A DNA stretch of 64,000 bases, filler included, from an uncultured Myxococcia bacterium (GTDB lineage Bacteria > CAZTWC01): NCBI GenBank assembly GCA_964617105.1. It is 6 parts of 6 records of this genome, joined end to end, with 100 filler letters (N's around TTAATTAATTAA, not from the genome) between each part and the next. Parts side by side here need not be neighbours in the genome. Positions count along the whole stretch, not along the records: positions 12,092 to 23,986 come from CAZTWC010000101.1; positions 24,087 to 35,277 come from CAZTWC010000103.1; 4 more parts are not named here. One strand, 5' to 3'. The position numbers were made by a program, and so were the translations under genes. Position 1 is the stretch's first letter; each line of letters opens with the position of its first letter. Below, piece by piece: positions 20,794-30,958 of this stretch. The notes below the pieces were generated by a model. It searched no databases. It was not told the origin of the DNA and saw nothing but the letters and a program-made list of their open reading frames with translations.

Positions 20794-22023
20794 ATGCATT
20801 CAACCAGGTATTTGATTTTTTTACTCCTGGCTTTGTTCTTATTACCTTTTCAGGCTGAGGCTCAGCAAGAAGAGGAGCAACAGACGGAGGCGGAAGAGTC
20901 AGTTGTTCAGTCCGAAACCTCTGATGCTGAAACTGAAGCAGCAACAGAGCAGGAAGCAGAACCCGCTGTGGAGGAGGAACCAGAAGAAGAGGGAGAGACC
21001 GGAGAGGCTGAGGCCGAGCCGTCTGGACAAGTTGATGCTGATCCTGGCGTCAAAGAAGTGGATGAAAGTAAAGAGCAACCGGCAGCATCGCCAGAAACGC
21101 CGGCTGAGAACGCGGAAGCGAGCTCTGCAGAGGGGGTGGCTACAGAAGGCCAGGAAGAAGCGGGTGCAGCAGCGGAAGATCCAGAGAAAAGCAAGGCTAA
21201 GGCTGAAGAGGAGAGGGCGGCTAAAGAAAAGGAGATATTAAAAAAAGAATTGGTTATCAACGAGAAGAGCATTGTGGATAAAAAGAGCGGGTTGACCTGG
21301 CAGAAAGAGATTGAAAAAACTTCTTTTACCTATCCACAAGCAATGGAGTTCTGCCAAAAATTAAGTAAAAAAGATTGTAAAGCGGGATGGCATTTACCCA
21401 CTAAGGGTGACTATATGCTGCTTTTAGGGAATTGCAGTGAAGATCTGTCACAAGAGGATAAACTGCCAGGTGGCGGTTGCGGGTTATGTACTGATAACAT
21501 CAAATGTAAAAAGATGTTTGAGGAACAACTGGGCTGGTACTGGACCCTAACGGCTCACCAGGATATTTCCAATAGTGGTTGGTGTGTAAATTTGAAAAAG
21601 GGTAGGGTCTTCACCCACTATTCCATGTTTAGTGGTGCCAGAGCCCGGTGTGTTTGCGGAAAGAGCGTGGGGATGAAAAAGAAAAAGCAGACCTCACAGG
21701 TGTATAATCCCAAGGAGAAAGGATTAATGACCTTTGATGAGAAATCGAAAGGCAAAGGGGACCAGAAGTCTGATAAGAGCCTTGAACAAAAAGCAGAGCC
21801 AGGTGAAGAACCTGAGGAGCAGAAAGTAGAAGGTGGTCCGGTTAAAGAGGAATCAGCTGAGGGAAAGGCGTCACCTGCAGAGGAAACACCAGTTGAGGAA
21901 GCAGAAAAACAGGAAGGGGTTGAGGTAGAGCCCAAAGTTGATGAAAATTCTCCGGCAGAAGAGCAAAAAGAGAGTGATAATAAAACCGAAGAAACATCAG
22001 CAGAATCTGAAACCAAAGAATAG
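20794..22023 (+). CDS. Secreted DUF1566 (Lcl-type) domain protein with acidic low-complexity flanks
   Basis: Signal peptide; VDKKSGLTWQK...A.EFC..L...WHLPT...YWT...W.V...RCV. Confidence 0.8.
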   Translation: MHSTRYLIFLLLALFLLPFQAEAQQEEEQQTEAEESVVQSETSDAETEAATEQEAEPAVEEEPEEEGETGEAEAEPSGQVDADPGVKEVDESKEQPAASPETPAENAEASSAEGVATEGQEEAGAAAEDPEKSKAKAEEERAAKEKEILKKELVINEKSIVDKKSGLTWQKEIEKTSFTYPQAMEFCQKLSKKDCKAGWHLPTKGDYMLLLGNCSEDLSQEDKLPGGGCGLCTDNIKCKKMFEEQLGWYWTLTAHQDISNSGWCVNLKKGRVFTHYSMFSGARARCVCGKSVGMKKKKQTSQVYNPKEKGLMTFDEKSKGKGDQKSDKSLEQKAEPGEEPEEQKVEGGPVKEESAEGKASPAEETPVEEAEKQEGVEVEPKVDENSPAEEQKESDNKTEETSAESETKE

Positions 22024-22059
22024 TTGAAATTTTTGACCGATTAAAAATAGGAGCGGATT

Positions 22060-22695
22060 ATGAAGTTTGAACTCAGAGCCTATATGTTTATCGATAGTTT
22101 GCAGCCCCAGTTAGCTCAATTTATTGCCAAGGACAATAAGGTTTACGATCCCAGTGAATATGATGCCTGTATGATGTTGGAGTTGGCGCCGGCTATGGAG
22201 ATCCACAGTATGATCGACAGCGCGCTTAAATCTACCGGGGTAAGACTGGGAGTGGTTGTAACCGAAAGACATTTCGGTATGATGATGGTGCATCATCCCG
22301 ATCAGGGCGAGGTGCGCACCTCGGCCGAACGGGTATTTGACAGCACCGGCCTTTCGGTGGGGGTTCGGGCACCCATAACTATATTGACCAACAAAATTAT
22401 TCGCAGTGTAGAGCAAGATCACGCCATATTTTTTACCGGCACTGCCAAGGGAAATATGGTTGTATCCGGAGATTCAGTGTTGATTTTGGAAACCACGCCA
22501 GCGGCTTATTTGACCATTGCCTGTAACGAGGCCTTGAAAGCAGCCACTGTCAAATTGATTACCATTAAACCATTTGGCGCTACCGGCCGTCTGGTGATGA
22601 GCGGCCCCGAATCGGAGATAGATTCTGCTGCCGAAGCGGCTCTGAGTATCATGGAGCAGTTAAACCAGGAGACAGCCAGTCTAGCCAGCGACTAA
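22060..22695 (+). CDS. Bacterial microcompartment shell protein, tandem-domain (BMC-T, CsoS1D/CcmP-like)
   Basis: ELRAYMFIDSLQPQLA, LELAPAMEI, ERHFG, ILETTPAAY...NEALKAA and FGATGRLVMSG motifs. Confidence 0.88.
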   Translation: MKFELRAYMFIDSLQPQLAQFIAKDNKVYDPSEYDACMMLELAPAMEIHSMIDSALKSTGVRLGVVVTERHFGMMMVHHPDQGEVRTSAERVFDSTGLSVGVRAPITILTNKIIRSVEQDHAIFFTGTAKGNMVVSGDSVLILETTPAAYLTIACNEALKAATVKLITIKPFGATGRLVMSGPESEIDSAAEAALSIMEQLNQETASLASD

Positions 22696-22702
22696 GTTCA
22701 TA

Positions 22703-23986
22703 ATGATAAACGCTACAACGGTTGAAAAAGGGAGTTTACCCCAAAAATTAACCCCCATGCTCCAGCAATACCTGCAGATCAAAGAGCAGGCACCAGACGC
22801 TATCCTTTTCTTTCGCATGGGCGATTTCTATGAGATGTTTTTCGAGGATGCCAAAACGGCTTCCTCGGTGTTGGGTCTTACCTTAACCTCGCGAAGTCAC
22901 GGCAAAAACAAAAAGAGTCCAGAGCAGGATATACCTCTGGCTGGATTTCCACATCACAGCGTTAACGGGTATATTAACCGGTTGGTGGATAAGGGATTTA
23001 AGGTAGCAGTATGCGACCAGGTGGAAGATCCTGCCACTACCACCAAGTTGGTACGCCGGGAACTGACCAGGATTATCACCCCTGGAACTCGCCTGGCCTG
23101 TCAAGATGAGCAGTCCCCCGGCCTTAATAACTTTCTGCTCAGCATCAATCCCGGCGGTAAAGAGATCGGTTGCGCAGCAGTAGATGTGGCTACCGGTGAT
23201 TTTATGGCTACAGTTTGCTGCACTCCGGAAGAGTTGATAGCCGAATTGCACCGTTTTCAACCTCGGGAGATGGTTTTACCCGATAATTTAAAGGGACTTC
23301 AGGGAGGTATTCTCAGGTTGATCCACACCAGGTATGGTACTCCGCTGATCAACTACAGTGATCTCTCACTCTTTCAATCTTTGTCAGCTTACAACTCTTT
23401 GTGCCATCATCTTAAACTTCACAACCTGGATGGGTTGGGATGCCCTAAAAATAGCCCTATGGTTGGGGCGGCCTGGGCGCTGTTGGACTATTTGGGTCAG
23501 ACCCAAATGGTTGAACTCAATCACCTGAAAAGATTAAAGATATTTCGGCGCACCGATTACCTGGTGATGGACGAGCGCAGTCTGGTTAACCTGGAATTGG
23601 TGAAATCCCTCCGGAACGGGGGGCGAGATGGGACTCTGCTGGACTTGCTGGACTTGACTGTTACCGCCATGGGGCGGCGTAAAATTGCCCAGTGGCTGCA
23701 ATTTCCGTTGTGCAATTTGACTGCTATTGAGGAACGTCTGGACGCGGTGGAGGAGTTAAAGGGTGACAGTTTGAGGCTGAACGCTTTGCGGCAGTCTATG
23801 AAGGGAATCTGTGACCTGGAGAGGATCAATAGCAGGTTGGCCACCCAGATAGCTTCACCTCGGGATTTGGCGGCTTTGGGAGGTACTCTCCAGAGTTTGC
23901 CAGAGATTGGAGACCAGATTGTAGGCTGTCGATCCCTCCTCTTACAAAAATTGGCCTCTGACATTGATGACATACCAGAGATATCA
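22703..23986 (+). CDS. mutS: DNA mismatch repair protein MutS (3' truncated)
   Basis: TPMLQQY...FFRMGDFYEMFFEDA, IITPGT and TAMGRR motifs. Confidence 0.96.
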
Positions 23987-24086
23987 NNNNNNNNNNNNNN
24001 NNNNNNNNNNNNNNNNNNNNNNNNNNNNNNTTAATTAATTAANNNNNNNNNNNNNNNNNNNNNNNNNNNNNNNNNNNNNNNNNNNN
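23987..24086. other. Artificial contig linker
   Basis: N block with TTAATTAATTAA. Confidence 0.98.
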
Positions 24087-25635
24087 CCAACTCCAGTGCA
24101 GATTGCAGGTGAATAGGGTTGTGTTGCAAACTCTTTTGAAAATATAATTGGGCGTTTTTAAAATCTTTGTTTCCGAGTTTAAAAAGACCCATCAGGTGGT
24201 AGGCTTTATTTAGTAATTTACCCTGGTCAATTAATTTATTCAGATACCTGGTCATGGCTTTTTCATTTTTCTGGATATTTAAAACGTAGGCCAACAGATA
24301 AACTGATTCATAATGTTCAGGGTGGGTAGTTAATAGTTTAGTGAGCAGACCCTGGGCCTGTGGATATTTGTTTTTTGCGATTAGAATTCCTGCTTTGGCA
24401 ACCAAAAACTCTGGATGTCTTTTGGCTTCCTGGGGGATATTTTCAATCAAGGTTTGGTTTTTGCTCAACAATATACTGCTCATACCATAGATTTTGCTCA
24501 GGTAGTTATTGGTCTGGATTAAGAGTATTTGGGCAGCCACGTCTTCGCTGTCTTTCTGGAAATGTTTTTTAAATACCTGGGCGGCTTTCATATAGCCAAA
24601 ATAGGTATCCATTTTAAAAAAATTATATCCCGGTTTTTTCTCTAATTGGGACTGCGATAGAGATTTCAGGTTGACGTTACCTCCGCTAACAAACAGGGAT
24701 AACACTACTACTCCTGTTATCAACACAATCAGTAGAGCGGCAGCCATTATTGTTTTTTTGGTTCCCAGGGCAGATAATTTTACCGATATTGATTGGGCTG
24801 TTCCCAGTTTTTCCACCGCCTGTTTGGATAACCTTATTTTTTGCTCTGAATCCTCTGTCTCCACCATCCTGGTTTTTTCATCATCCGGTTTCTGAACCAT
24901 TTCCGCCGGGTCCTGATTTATGACTGGCACCACTTTGGTTAAGAGATCCTGATCATTTTTATCCTCTTTTGGGCGTAATTCTTTAATTATTTCGTTAAAT
25001 TGGGGGATTGAATCTATGGGTTCCCAATTTTCACCATCCTCTGAAATTGATTCTTTGCCGTCAAATTCTCCTTCTGAAAGCAAACGGGCAATTTGTAAGG
25101 AATTGATTGGCCCTGTTTTTTGGTTGAGGTTTGTTAACACATAGTAGTTCTCCTGGGTCAGCACCCTGGTAACGGTTTCATTCCGATCATGCTGTGGAGA
25201 TGGCTGATGATCCAGGTGTCCGGCTCCAATATCATCATCTTCTTCCAACTCTAGTTTGAAAGATTCATCGAAAATAGCCTCCTCAAGAGAAGTGGCATTG
25301 GTGCTGATTTTTTCCGTAGAGGCGATTTTTGTGACATCATCGTCCTCTTGGTTGGTAAGGGGAGTGGAAGTAGGGGGCTTTTCTTTACCTTTTTGGTCCA
25401 ATAGATCCAACTCCAGGTCGAAATCTAAATCCTTATCTTGATCTTGCGGAGTTTCCTCCGGCGCCATAAAAAAAGCACCTGATTCAGAGTCACCCAAGTC
25501 GTCTTGCCCATCGTCCTCGCCGTAAGAGTAAAAGGAGTATTCGCACTGTGGACAGGAGATCACCACCCCTTCATCCGCTATATTTTTTCCTTGCACTTCA
25601 AATTGGTGATTACATTTTTCGCATTTAAATTTCAT
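24087..25635 (-). CDS. Zinc-ribbon / GYF-like / TM / TPR protein (3' truncated)
   Basis: N-terminal CEKC...CPQC; acidic linker; GPI...L..GE...E.IS.DG..W.PI..IP.F (GYF_2-like); one TM; TPR-like helices. Confidence 0.7.
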
Positions 25636-25655
25636 CAGAATAACTCCCTGCTGGG

Positions 25656-26087
25656 TTACATTTTTTCATGCTCTTTTTTTATACATTTGTTCATTATCAC
25701 TTTGAGCCCCGCATCCCTGGCTTTTGCTGCCGCTTCATTATGGGCCAGTCCCAGTTGCATCCAGACAACTTTGGCGCCTTTGGCTACAGCTTCATCAACA
25801 ATGGGCGGAATAAATTCCGGTTTGCGAAAAATTACCACCACATCAGGGGCTTCTGGGACTTGCTCCAGATTTTGGTAACATTTTTCTCCCAGAACCTCCT
25901 GGTAGATAGGATTTATTGGAATGATTTTATAACCATTCTGTAGTAAATATTGGGCAACTTTGTAACTATCTCTCACCGGTTTAGTGGAGATACCGATTAT
26001 GGCGATATTTTTTATGGCTTTTAGAATATCGAATATCTCTTGAGTGGTGGGATTGCTATCGGGCATCTGGCAGTTATTTTCAGTCAT
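25656..26087 (-). CDS. CoA-binding protein (YccU-like)
   Basis: IAIIGIS...RDSYKVAQYL...PINP...WMQLG...MNKC. Confidence 0.9.
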   Translation of the reverse strand: MTENNCQMPDSNPTTQEIFDILKAIKNIAIIGISTKPVRDSYKVAQYLLQNGYKIIPINPIYQEVLGEKCYQNLEQVPEAPDVVVIFRKPEFIPPIVDEAVAKGAKVVWMQLGLAHNEAAAKARDAGLKVIMNKCIKKEHEKM

Positions 26088-26227
26088 TAGATCCTCCCAA
26101 AGTAATATATAAATAATATTCAGGGTTGAAACCGATGGTGGATTTGTAGTATAAATTTTAAAATATTTTAATCGTTATATGAAAAATAGGCAAATTTTAT
26201 TGTTAAAATTTAGCGAATGAGGAAAAA

Positions 26228-26773
26228 ATGGACAGAGAAGAAGCATTAAAATTAGTAAAAAGCAGATTAACTAACAAAAATTTGGTAAAACACTCTTTGG
26301 CGGTAGAAGCCTGCATGAATGAACTGGCCAAACATTTTGGTGAAGAAGGAGAGAAGTGGGGTCTGGCCGGTTTGTTGCATGATCTGGACTACGAAGAAAC
26401 TGTGGATGATTTTGCCCGTCATGGATTTGTAACCACTGAGATCCTGGAGCCTTTGGGAGTTGATCCGGAAATCCTTTATGCTATTAAGGCTCATCCCCAG
26501 CATGTGCCAGCCAAAAGCCATATGGATACCTGTTTGGTAGCCGTGGATCCTGCTACCGGCCTAATTATCGCCTCCGCCCTGATGCATCCCAGTAAAAATT
26601 TGACCCAGGTTGACATGAAGTTTTTGCTGAAGCGTTTTAAAGAGAAACGTTTTGCCGCCGGGGCCAATCGGGAGCAAATACTTTTTTGCCAGAACGTAGA
26701 TCTAGATAAAGAACAATTTTTGCAGATTTGTCTGGAGGCGATGCAAAAGATAGCGGATCAGTTAGGATTGTAG
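26228..26773 (+). CDS. HDIG-domain metal-dependent hydrolase
   Basis: KHSLAVE, GLLHDLDY and KRFKEKRFAAGANRE motifs. Confidence 0.88.
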   Translation: MDREEALKLVKSRLTNKNLVKHSLAVEACMNELAKHFGEEGEKWGLAGLLHDLDYEETVDDFARHGFVTTEILEPLGVDPEILYAIKAHPQHVPAKSHMDTCLVAVDPATGLIIASALMHPSKNLTQVDMKFLLKRFKEKRFAAGANREQILFCQNVDLDKEQFLQICLEAMQKIADQLGL

Positions 26774-26792
26774 AGGAATTTTTGAGCGGGCC

Positions 26793-28172
26793 CTAAGGGC
26801 CAGGTTTAATGAAAATTACGGCCTGCTCCACTCTTTCCACGGATCCGTCCAATGGAGCATGGATATTGGCGCCCAACTGCCCTTTGGCTATTTGGGCGAT
26901 TAGTTGACCAGCCTGCACTCTCTGGCCCGGTTTGACCAGCGGGAGAGCCGGGGCGCCCAGGTGCTGTTTTAGTTTTATTCCTAATTGCGGTGCCACCATG
27001 GGGTGTTCTATTGTTGCCAATTTTTGGTCATATTTTTTCACTCCCACCCGCCGGGTCATATTGGCAGCATCTACTTTGCGAGGTTCTTTAACTGGATGGA
27101 CATCCCGGGGAGCCTGGCGAAGGGGATTATTTATTTTATGGTCAGACAAACTTTGGCGCAGGTGTTGAAACAAGGCTCTGGGAGACAAGCCGCAGGGGCA
27201 GGCGTAGAATTCACATACACCGCAAAAGCAGCATAAAAAAGATGCCAGAATCGCCTGATCATGGTCATCTCTTTCGTATGCCATGGCCCTCATAACTGTG
27301 TGAGGTTCTATCCGGTGCCCTAGCAAAAAACGGGGACAAAGATCGGTACACAGTCGGCAGCCATCACAACTGGACCGGGCCCGTTTCAGTTGATCCACCG
27401 GACTCAATCGCTTTATTTTAACGGCATGGTGCTCTTCGGGTAGGACAATTACCCCGCTGGTGGTTTTACTTACATAGTCTTCTCTGCCGTCCTGGCCGGC
27501 TATCTGCCCCATCACCGGCCCGCCGTTCAGAGCAGTCCAGTTTTCCTTTTTACTGCCGCCGCACAGAGAAATCAGGTGGCTGAAAGGGGTGCCTAAAGGA
27601 GTGTTTATGATAGCCGGTTTCTCCACTTCACCGTGAACAGTTACCAATTTATGAGTTACCGGTTTATCTTTAAGAGCATCAGCCACTTGAGAGAGGGTGG
27701 TGACATTTTGAACCAATACGCCAACATCCAGGGGAATACCGCCCTCGGGAACGATTTTTTGGCAGGCCTCATACACTAATATCTGTTCATCGCCGGCCGG
27801 ATAGTAGTTGCCAACTTTTAGGATTGACAGTTGCGGATGTCCACAAATTGCCTGGTTTAAGGCCTCCCCCGCTCTCTGATAGTAATCTTTGATAGCGATA
27901 ATTCCTTTTTGAGCTCCAGATGCCACCATTACCGCTGCCAGGCCAATCACCACATCTTTGGCCCGTTGTTCCATCAAGAGTCGATCACTGCTAAGCAAGG
28001 GTTCGCATTCGGTGCCGTTAGCAATCACCAGGTCAACCAGGCTGTTTATCTTGACATGAGTGGGAAATCCGGCTCCGCCAGCCCCCACTATTCCAGCCGC
28101 TTTTACCTTTTCTACCAGGGTTTTTCTAACCTGGGCGCGGTTAATTCCGCTTTGCCCAAAAGTGTTATCCAA
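26793..28172 (-). CDS. PduS/RnfC-like flavin and 4Fe-4S protein (SLBB domain)
   Basis: GIVGAGGAGFPTHVK, NGTECEPLL, YPAGDEQ, two Cys clusters (CDGCRLCTDLCP; CCFCGVCEFYACP) and a C-terminal LKQHLGAP...IHAPLDG barrel, the PduS domain order. Confidence 0.85.
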   Translation of the reverse strand: MDNTFGQSGINRAQVRKTLVEKVKAAGIVGAGGAGFPTHVKINSLVDLVIANGTECEPLLSSDRLLMEQRAKDVVIGLAAVMVASGAQKGIIAIKDYYQRAGEALNQAICGHPQLSILKVGNYYPAGDEQILVYEACQKIVPEGGIPLDVGVLVQNVTTLSQVADALKDKPVTHKLVTVHGEVEKPAIINTPLGTPFSHLISLCGGSKKENWTALNGGPVMGQIAGQDGREDYVSKTTSGVIVLPEEHHAVKIKRLSPVDQLKRARSSCDGCRLCTDLCPRFLLGHRIEPHTVMRAMAYERDDHDQAILASFLCCFCGVCEFYACPCGLSPRALFQHLRQSLSDHKINNPLRQAPRDVHPVKEPRKVDAANMTRRVGVKKYDQKLATIEHPMVAPQLGIKLKQHLGAPALPLVKPGQRVQAGQLIAQIAKGQLGANIHAPLDGSVERVEQAVIFIKPGP

Positions 28173-28401
28173 GAGTTTTTCCTATAAAGTTAGATGTTAG
28201 ATAATAATGATATTAGCACCCTTTTTATACCATATAGAATTTTTTTGTTCCACTAGACAAATAATCGCCATCATAGTGCGCCGGAGCTATTCAATATCGG
28301 AGCGGCAGTGACTGCTCCAAACCGGCTGTTAAGCGGATAAAAGACATCATTAATAATATATTCCTTGACTAACATCTAATATTATTCATAAAATAATAAT
28401 T

Positions 28402-29667
28402 ATGGATAAATTATTAGCAATGATACTAGCAGGTGGTCGGGTGAAAGAATTAGCTGCCCTGACTGTTCATCGTCCCAAGGCGGCTTTGCCCTTTGGCGGC
28501 AACAACCGGTTCATTGATTTCCCTTTGACCAGTATTATGAAAGCCGGGATTAATCGGGTGGCAGTGCTCTCCCAGTACCGGCCCGCATCTTTGATGGATC
28601 ACATCGGAGTCGGCGAAGCCTGGAACCTGAATGGCCGTCGCCGGGGGATTAATATCCGACCTCCCTATATGGCTGCTGGCGGCAGTGACTGGTATAGGGG
28701 TACCGCTGATGCAGTGTACAAAAATATCAACTATATAAAGGATTACCGGCCAGAACAGGTGATGATCCTTTCTGGTGATCACATTCACAATATCGATTTG
28801 ACCCCCATCCTGCAATTTCATCGGGAAAAAGAGGCGCATCTCACCATTGTGGTAAAGGAGGTGGCCGCGGAAAGCGCCCATAAATTCGGCATAACTCTTA
28901 TCGATAAAGATTCAAAAGTGGTCGAGTACCAGGAGAAACCTGATAAACCAGCCGGCAACCTGGCTTCTCTTACTATCTATATTTTTGAGCGAGAGGCGCT
29001 TATCTGGCATCTGATTAAAAATGCCCGCCTGGGAAAAACTTATCAACTTTACGACGAAATTGTTCCTGCCATGGTTTCAGAGGGCAAGGTTTTTGCCTAT
29101 GTGTACCAGGGCTATTGGAACTATTCCCGCTCATTTAGCGATTATTTTCAGGCTCACCAGGATCTTTTGGGTGAAGATCCGGTTTTGAATATTAATGATT
29201 GGGGAGTCAGAACCAGCACTATAGACTGTCCAGGCGGCGATCCTGCTCCCAGTTATTTTTCCTCCTCTTCCAGGGTGTCAAATTCGGTTATCTCCCCGGG
29301 GTGCCAAATAGATGGCCAGGTGGAAAACTCTGTCCTCTCTCCGGGAGTAGTGGTAGAAAAGGGGGCCAGGGTGAAAGACTCGGTAATAATGCACAATACC
29401 AGGATTTGTAAGGGGGCTTCTCTGCAGCGGGTCATTTGTGATAAAGATTGCCATATCGGAGCCAGGGGTCGCCTAGGTCAAGAGGGAGTACCCAGAGTTC
29501 ATAAAGCAGCAGATATAACCGGCGACCTGGTGGTAATAGGCAAGGGGGTTAATATGCCGGAAGGGGTATCCATCCAACGGGGCGTGTTGGTTTATCCGGA
29601 GGTTGATTTGAGTGGTCAGACCAATCAGTGTTTGGAATGGGGAACAATATGGGGAAGTGAATCATGA
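28402..29667 (+). CDS. ADP-glucose pyrophosphorylase family, GlgD-like subunit
   Basis: [10 protein letters not shown] (degenerate GxGxRL), [23 protein letters not shown] and a hexapeptide tail. Confidence 0.8.
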   Translation: MDKLLAMILAGGRVKELAALTVHRPKAALPFGGNNRFIDFPLTSIMKAGINRVAVLSQYRPASLMDHIGVGEAWNLNGRRRGINIRPPYMAAGGSDWYRGTADAVYKNINYIKDYRPEQVMILSGDHIHNIDLTPILQFHREKEAHLTIVVKEVAAESAHKFGITLIDKDSKVVEYQEKPDKPAGNLASLTIYIFEREALIWHLIKNARLGKTYQLYDEIVPAMVSEGKVFAYVYQGYWNYSRSFSDYFQAHQDLLGEDPVLNINDWGVRTSTIDCPGGDPAPSYFSSSSRVSNSVISPGCQIDGQVENSVLSPGVVVEKGARVKDSVIMHNTRICKGASLQRVICDKDCHIGARGRLGQEGVPRVHKAADITGDLVVIGKGVNMPEGVSIQRGVLVYPEVDLSGQTNQCLEWGTIWGSES

Positions 29668-30947
29668 ATACCAAAAAGATTTTGGCCATGCTGCTAGCCG
29701 GCGGAGCCGGCACTCGTCTCAATATCCTCTCCGAAACCCGGGCTAAACCAGCGGTTCCCTTTGGCGGGATATACCGGATTATCGATTTTACTCTGAGCAA
29801 TATTTTACACGCCGGACTGGGCAATGTGGGCGTTTTGACTCAATATCGCCCTCTGTCGCTGATGGAACATATCGGTAGCGGCTCATCCTGGGATTTTATC
29901 GGATTAGATCGCAGTATCAGGATATTACCGCCTCAAACTGGTAAAAACAAATCGGATTGGTACAAAGGGACAGCCGATGCCTGTTATTTAAATTTGGGCT
30001 ATATGGATCGTTTCCAGCCAGAACAGGTATTGATTCTCTCTGGTGATCATATCTACAAAATGGATTACCAGGAGATGATTAATTTCCATTGTCAAAAGGG
30101 GGCCGATGTTACTATAGCCACTCTGGTTGTCCCCTGGGAAGAGGCCAGCCGTTTTGGATTGGTCATGGTAGATGATGATCAGCGAGTGGTGGAGTTTCAG
30201 GAAAAACCTGACCAACCGGGCAGCAACTTGGCTTCCATGGGTATTTATGTGTTTGAGTATTCGGTTTTACGTCAGCAACTCCTGGATGTGGTTGGGGGGA
30301 TGAAAAAATACGATTTTGGTCAAGATATACTTCCCCACATGCTGTCAGGAGGTAAAAAGATGTATGCCTATCCTTTCAAAGGATATTGGCGTGACGTGGG
30401 CACTATCAAATCATTCTGGGATGCTCAACAGGAATTATTAAATCCGGATAGCCCTTTTGATCTCTCCAGGTGGCAGGTATATACTAATCCAGAGGACAGA
30501 AATCTCAGTGAAAGAGGAGCCTCCAGGCTGGGAAAGCATGCCCTGGTTCTCAATAGTTACGTCAGCAAAGGCTGTGTAGTAAAGGGAAAAGTAGTAAACT
30601 CCATACTCTCTCCCGGCGTGTTGGTGGAGAAAAACAGCATTGTGCAAAATTCGATTTTAATGCATGACTGTCAGATAGAGGAGAATTGTTTTATCGACTT
30701 TACCATTATGGATAAAGACGTAAAGGTAGGAAGTGGCGCTAGCATAGGGACTGGCGAAGAGAGCCAGGTAAACATAAAGTTTCCCAGCCATCTCAACAGC
30801 GGTATAACCCTGGTAGGAAAAGGTGCTAATATCCCCTCTGGAACCGTGATAGGAAAAAATTGTCTCCTTTTTCCTGGGGTTAAAGGTAAGTTGTTTGCCA
30901 AAAAAGAGGTCGGGTCAGGAGAGGTAGTGGGAGCGGTGGAAGATTAG
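29664..30947 (+). CDS. glgC: Glucose-1-phosphate adenylyltransferase
   Basis: [50 protein letters not shown] and YWRDVGT motifs. Confidence 0.93.
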   Translation: MNTKKILAMLLAGGAGTRLNILSETRAKPAVPFGGIYRIIDFTLSNILHAGLGNVGVLTQYRPLSLMEHIGSGSSWDFIGLDRSIRILPPQTGKNKSDWYKGTADACYLNLGYMDRFQPEQVLILSGDHIYKMDYQEMINFHCQKGADVTIATLVVPWEEASRFGLVMVDDDQRVVEFQEKPDQPGSNLASMGIYVFEYSVLRQQLLDVVGGMKKYDFGQDILPHMLSGGKKMYAYPFKGYWRDVGTIKSFWDAQQELLNPDSPFDLSRWQVYTNPEDRNLSERGASRLGKHALVLNSYVSKGCVVKGKVVNSILSPGVLVEKNSIVQNSILMHDCQIEENCFIDFTIMDKDVKVGSGASIGTGEESQVNIKFPSHLNSGITLVGKGANIPSGTVIGKNCLLFPGVKGKLFAKKEVGSGEVVGAVED

Positions 30948-30958
30948 TTAAGGGCTCC

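Noticed and set aside
20850-22020. Repetitive GAA/GAG-rich stretches and antisense Ser-rich ORFs
   Set aside because: Explained by Glu/Ala-rich low-complexity coding sequence; not a CRISPR array or nucleotide tandem repeat.
28278-28326. GC-rich hairpin (GGAGCGG/CTGCTCC inside GCCGG/CCGGC) in the divergent pduS-glg intergenic region
   Set aside because: No recognisable riboswitch or ncRNA consensus; too short to support a call.
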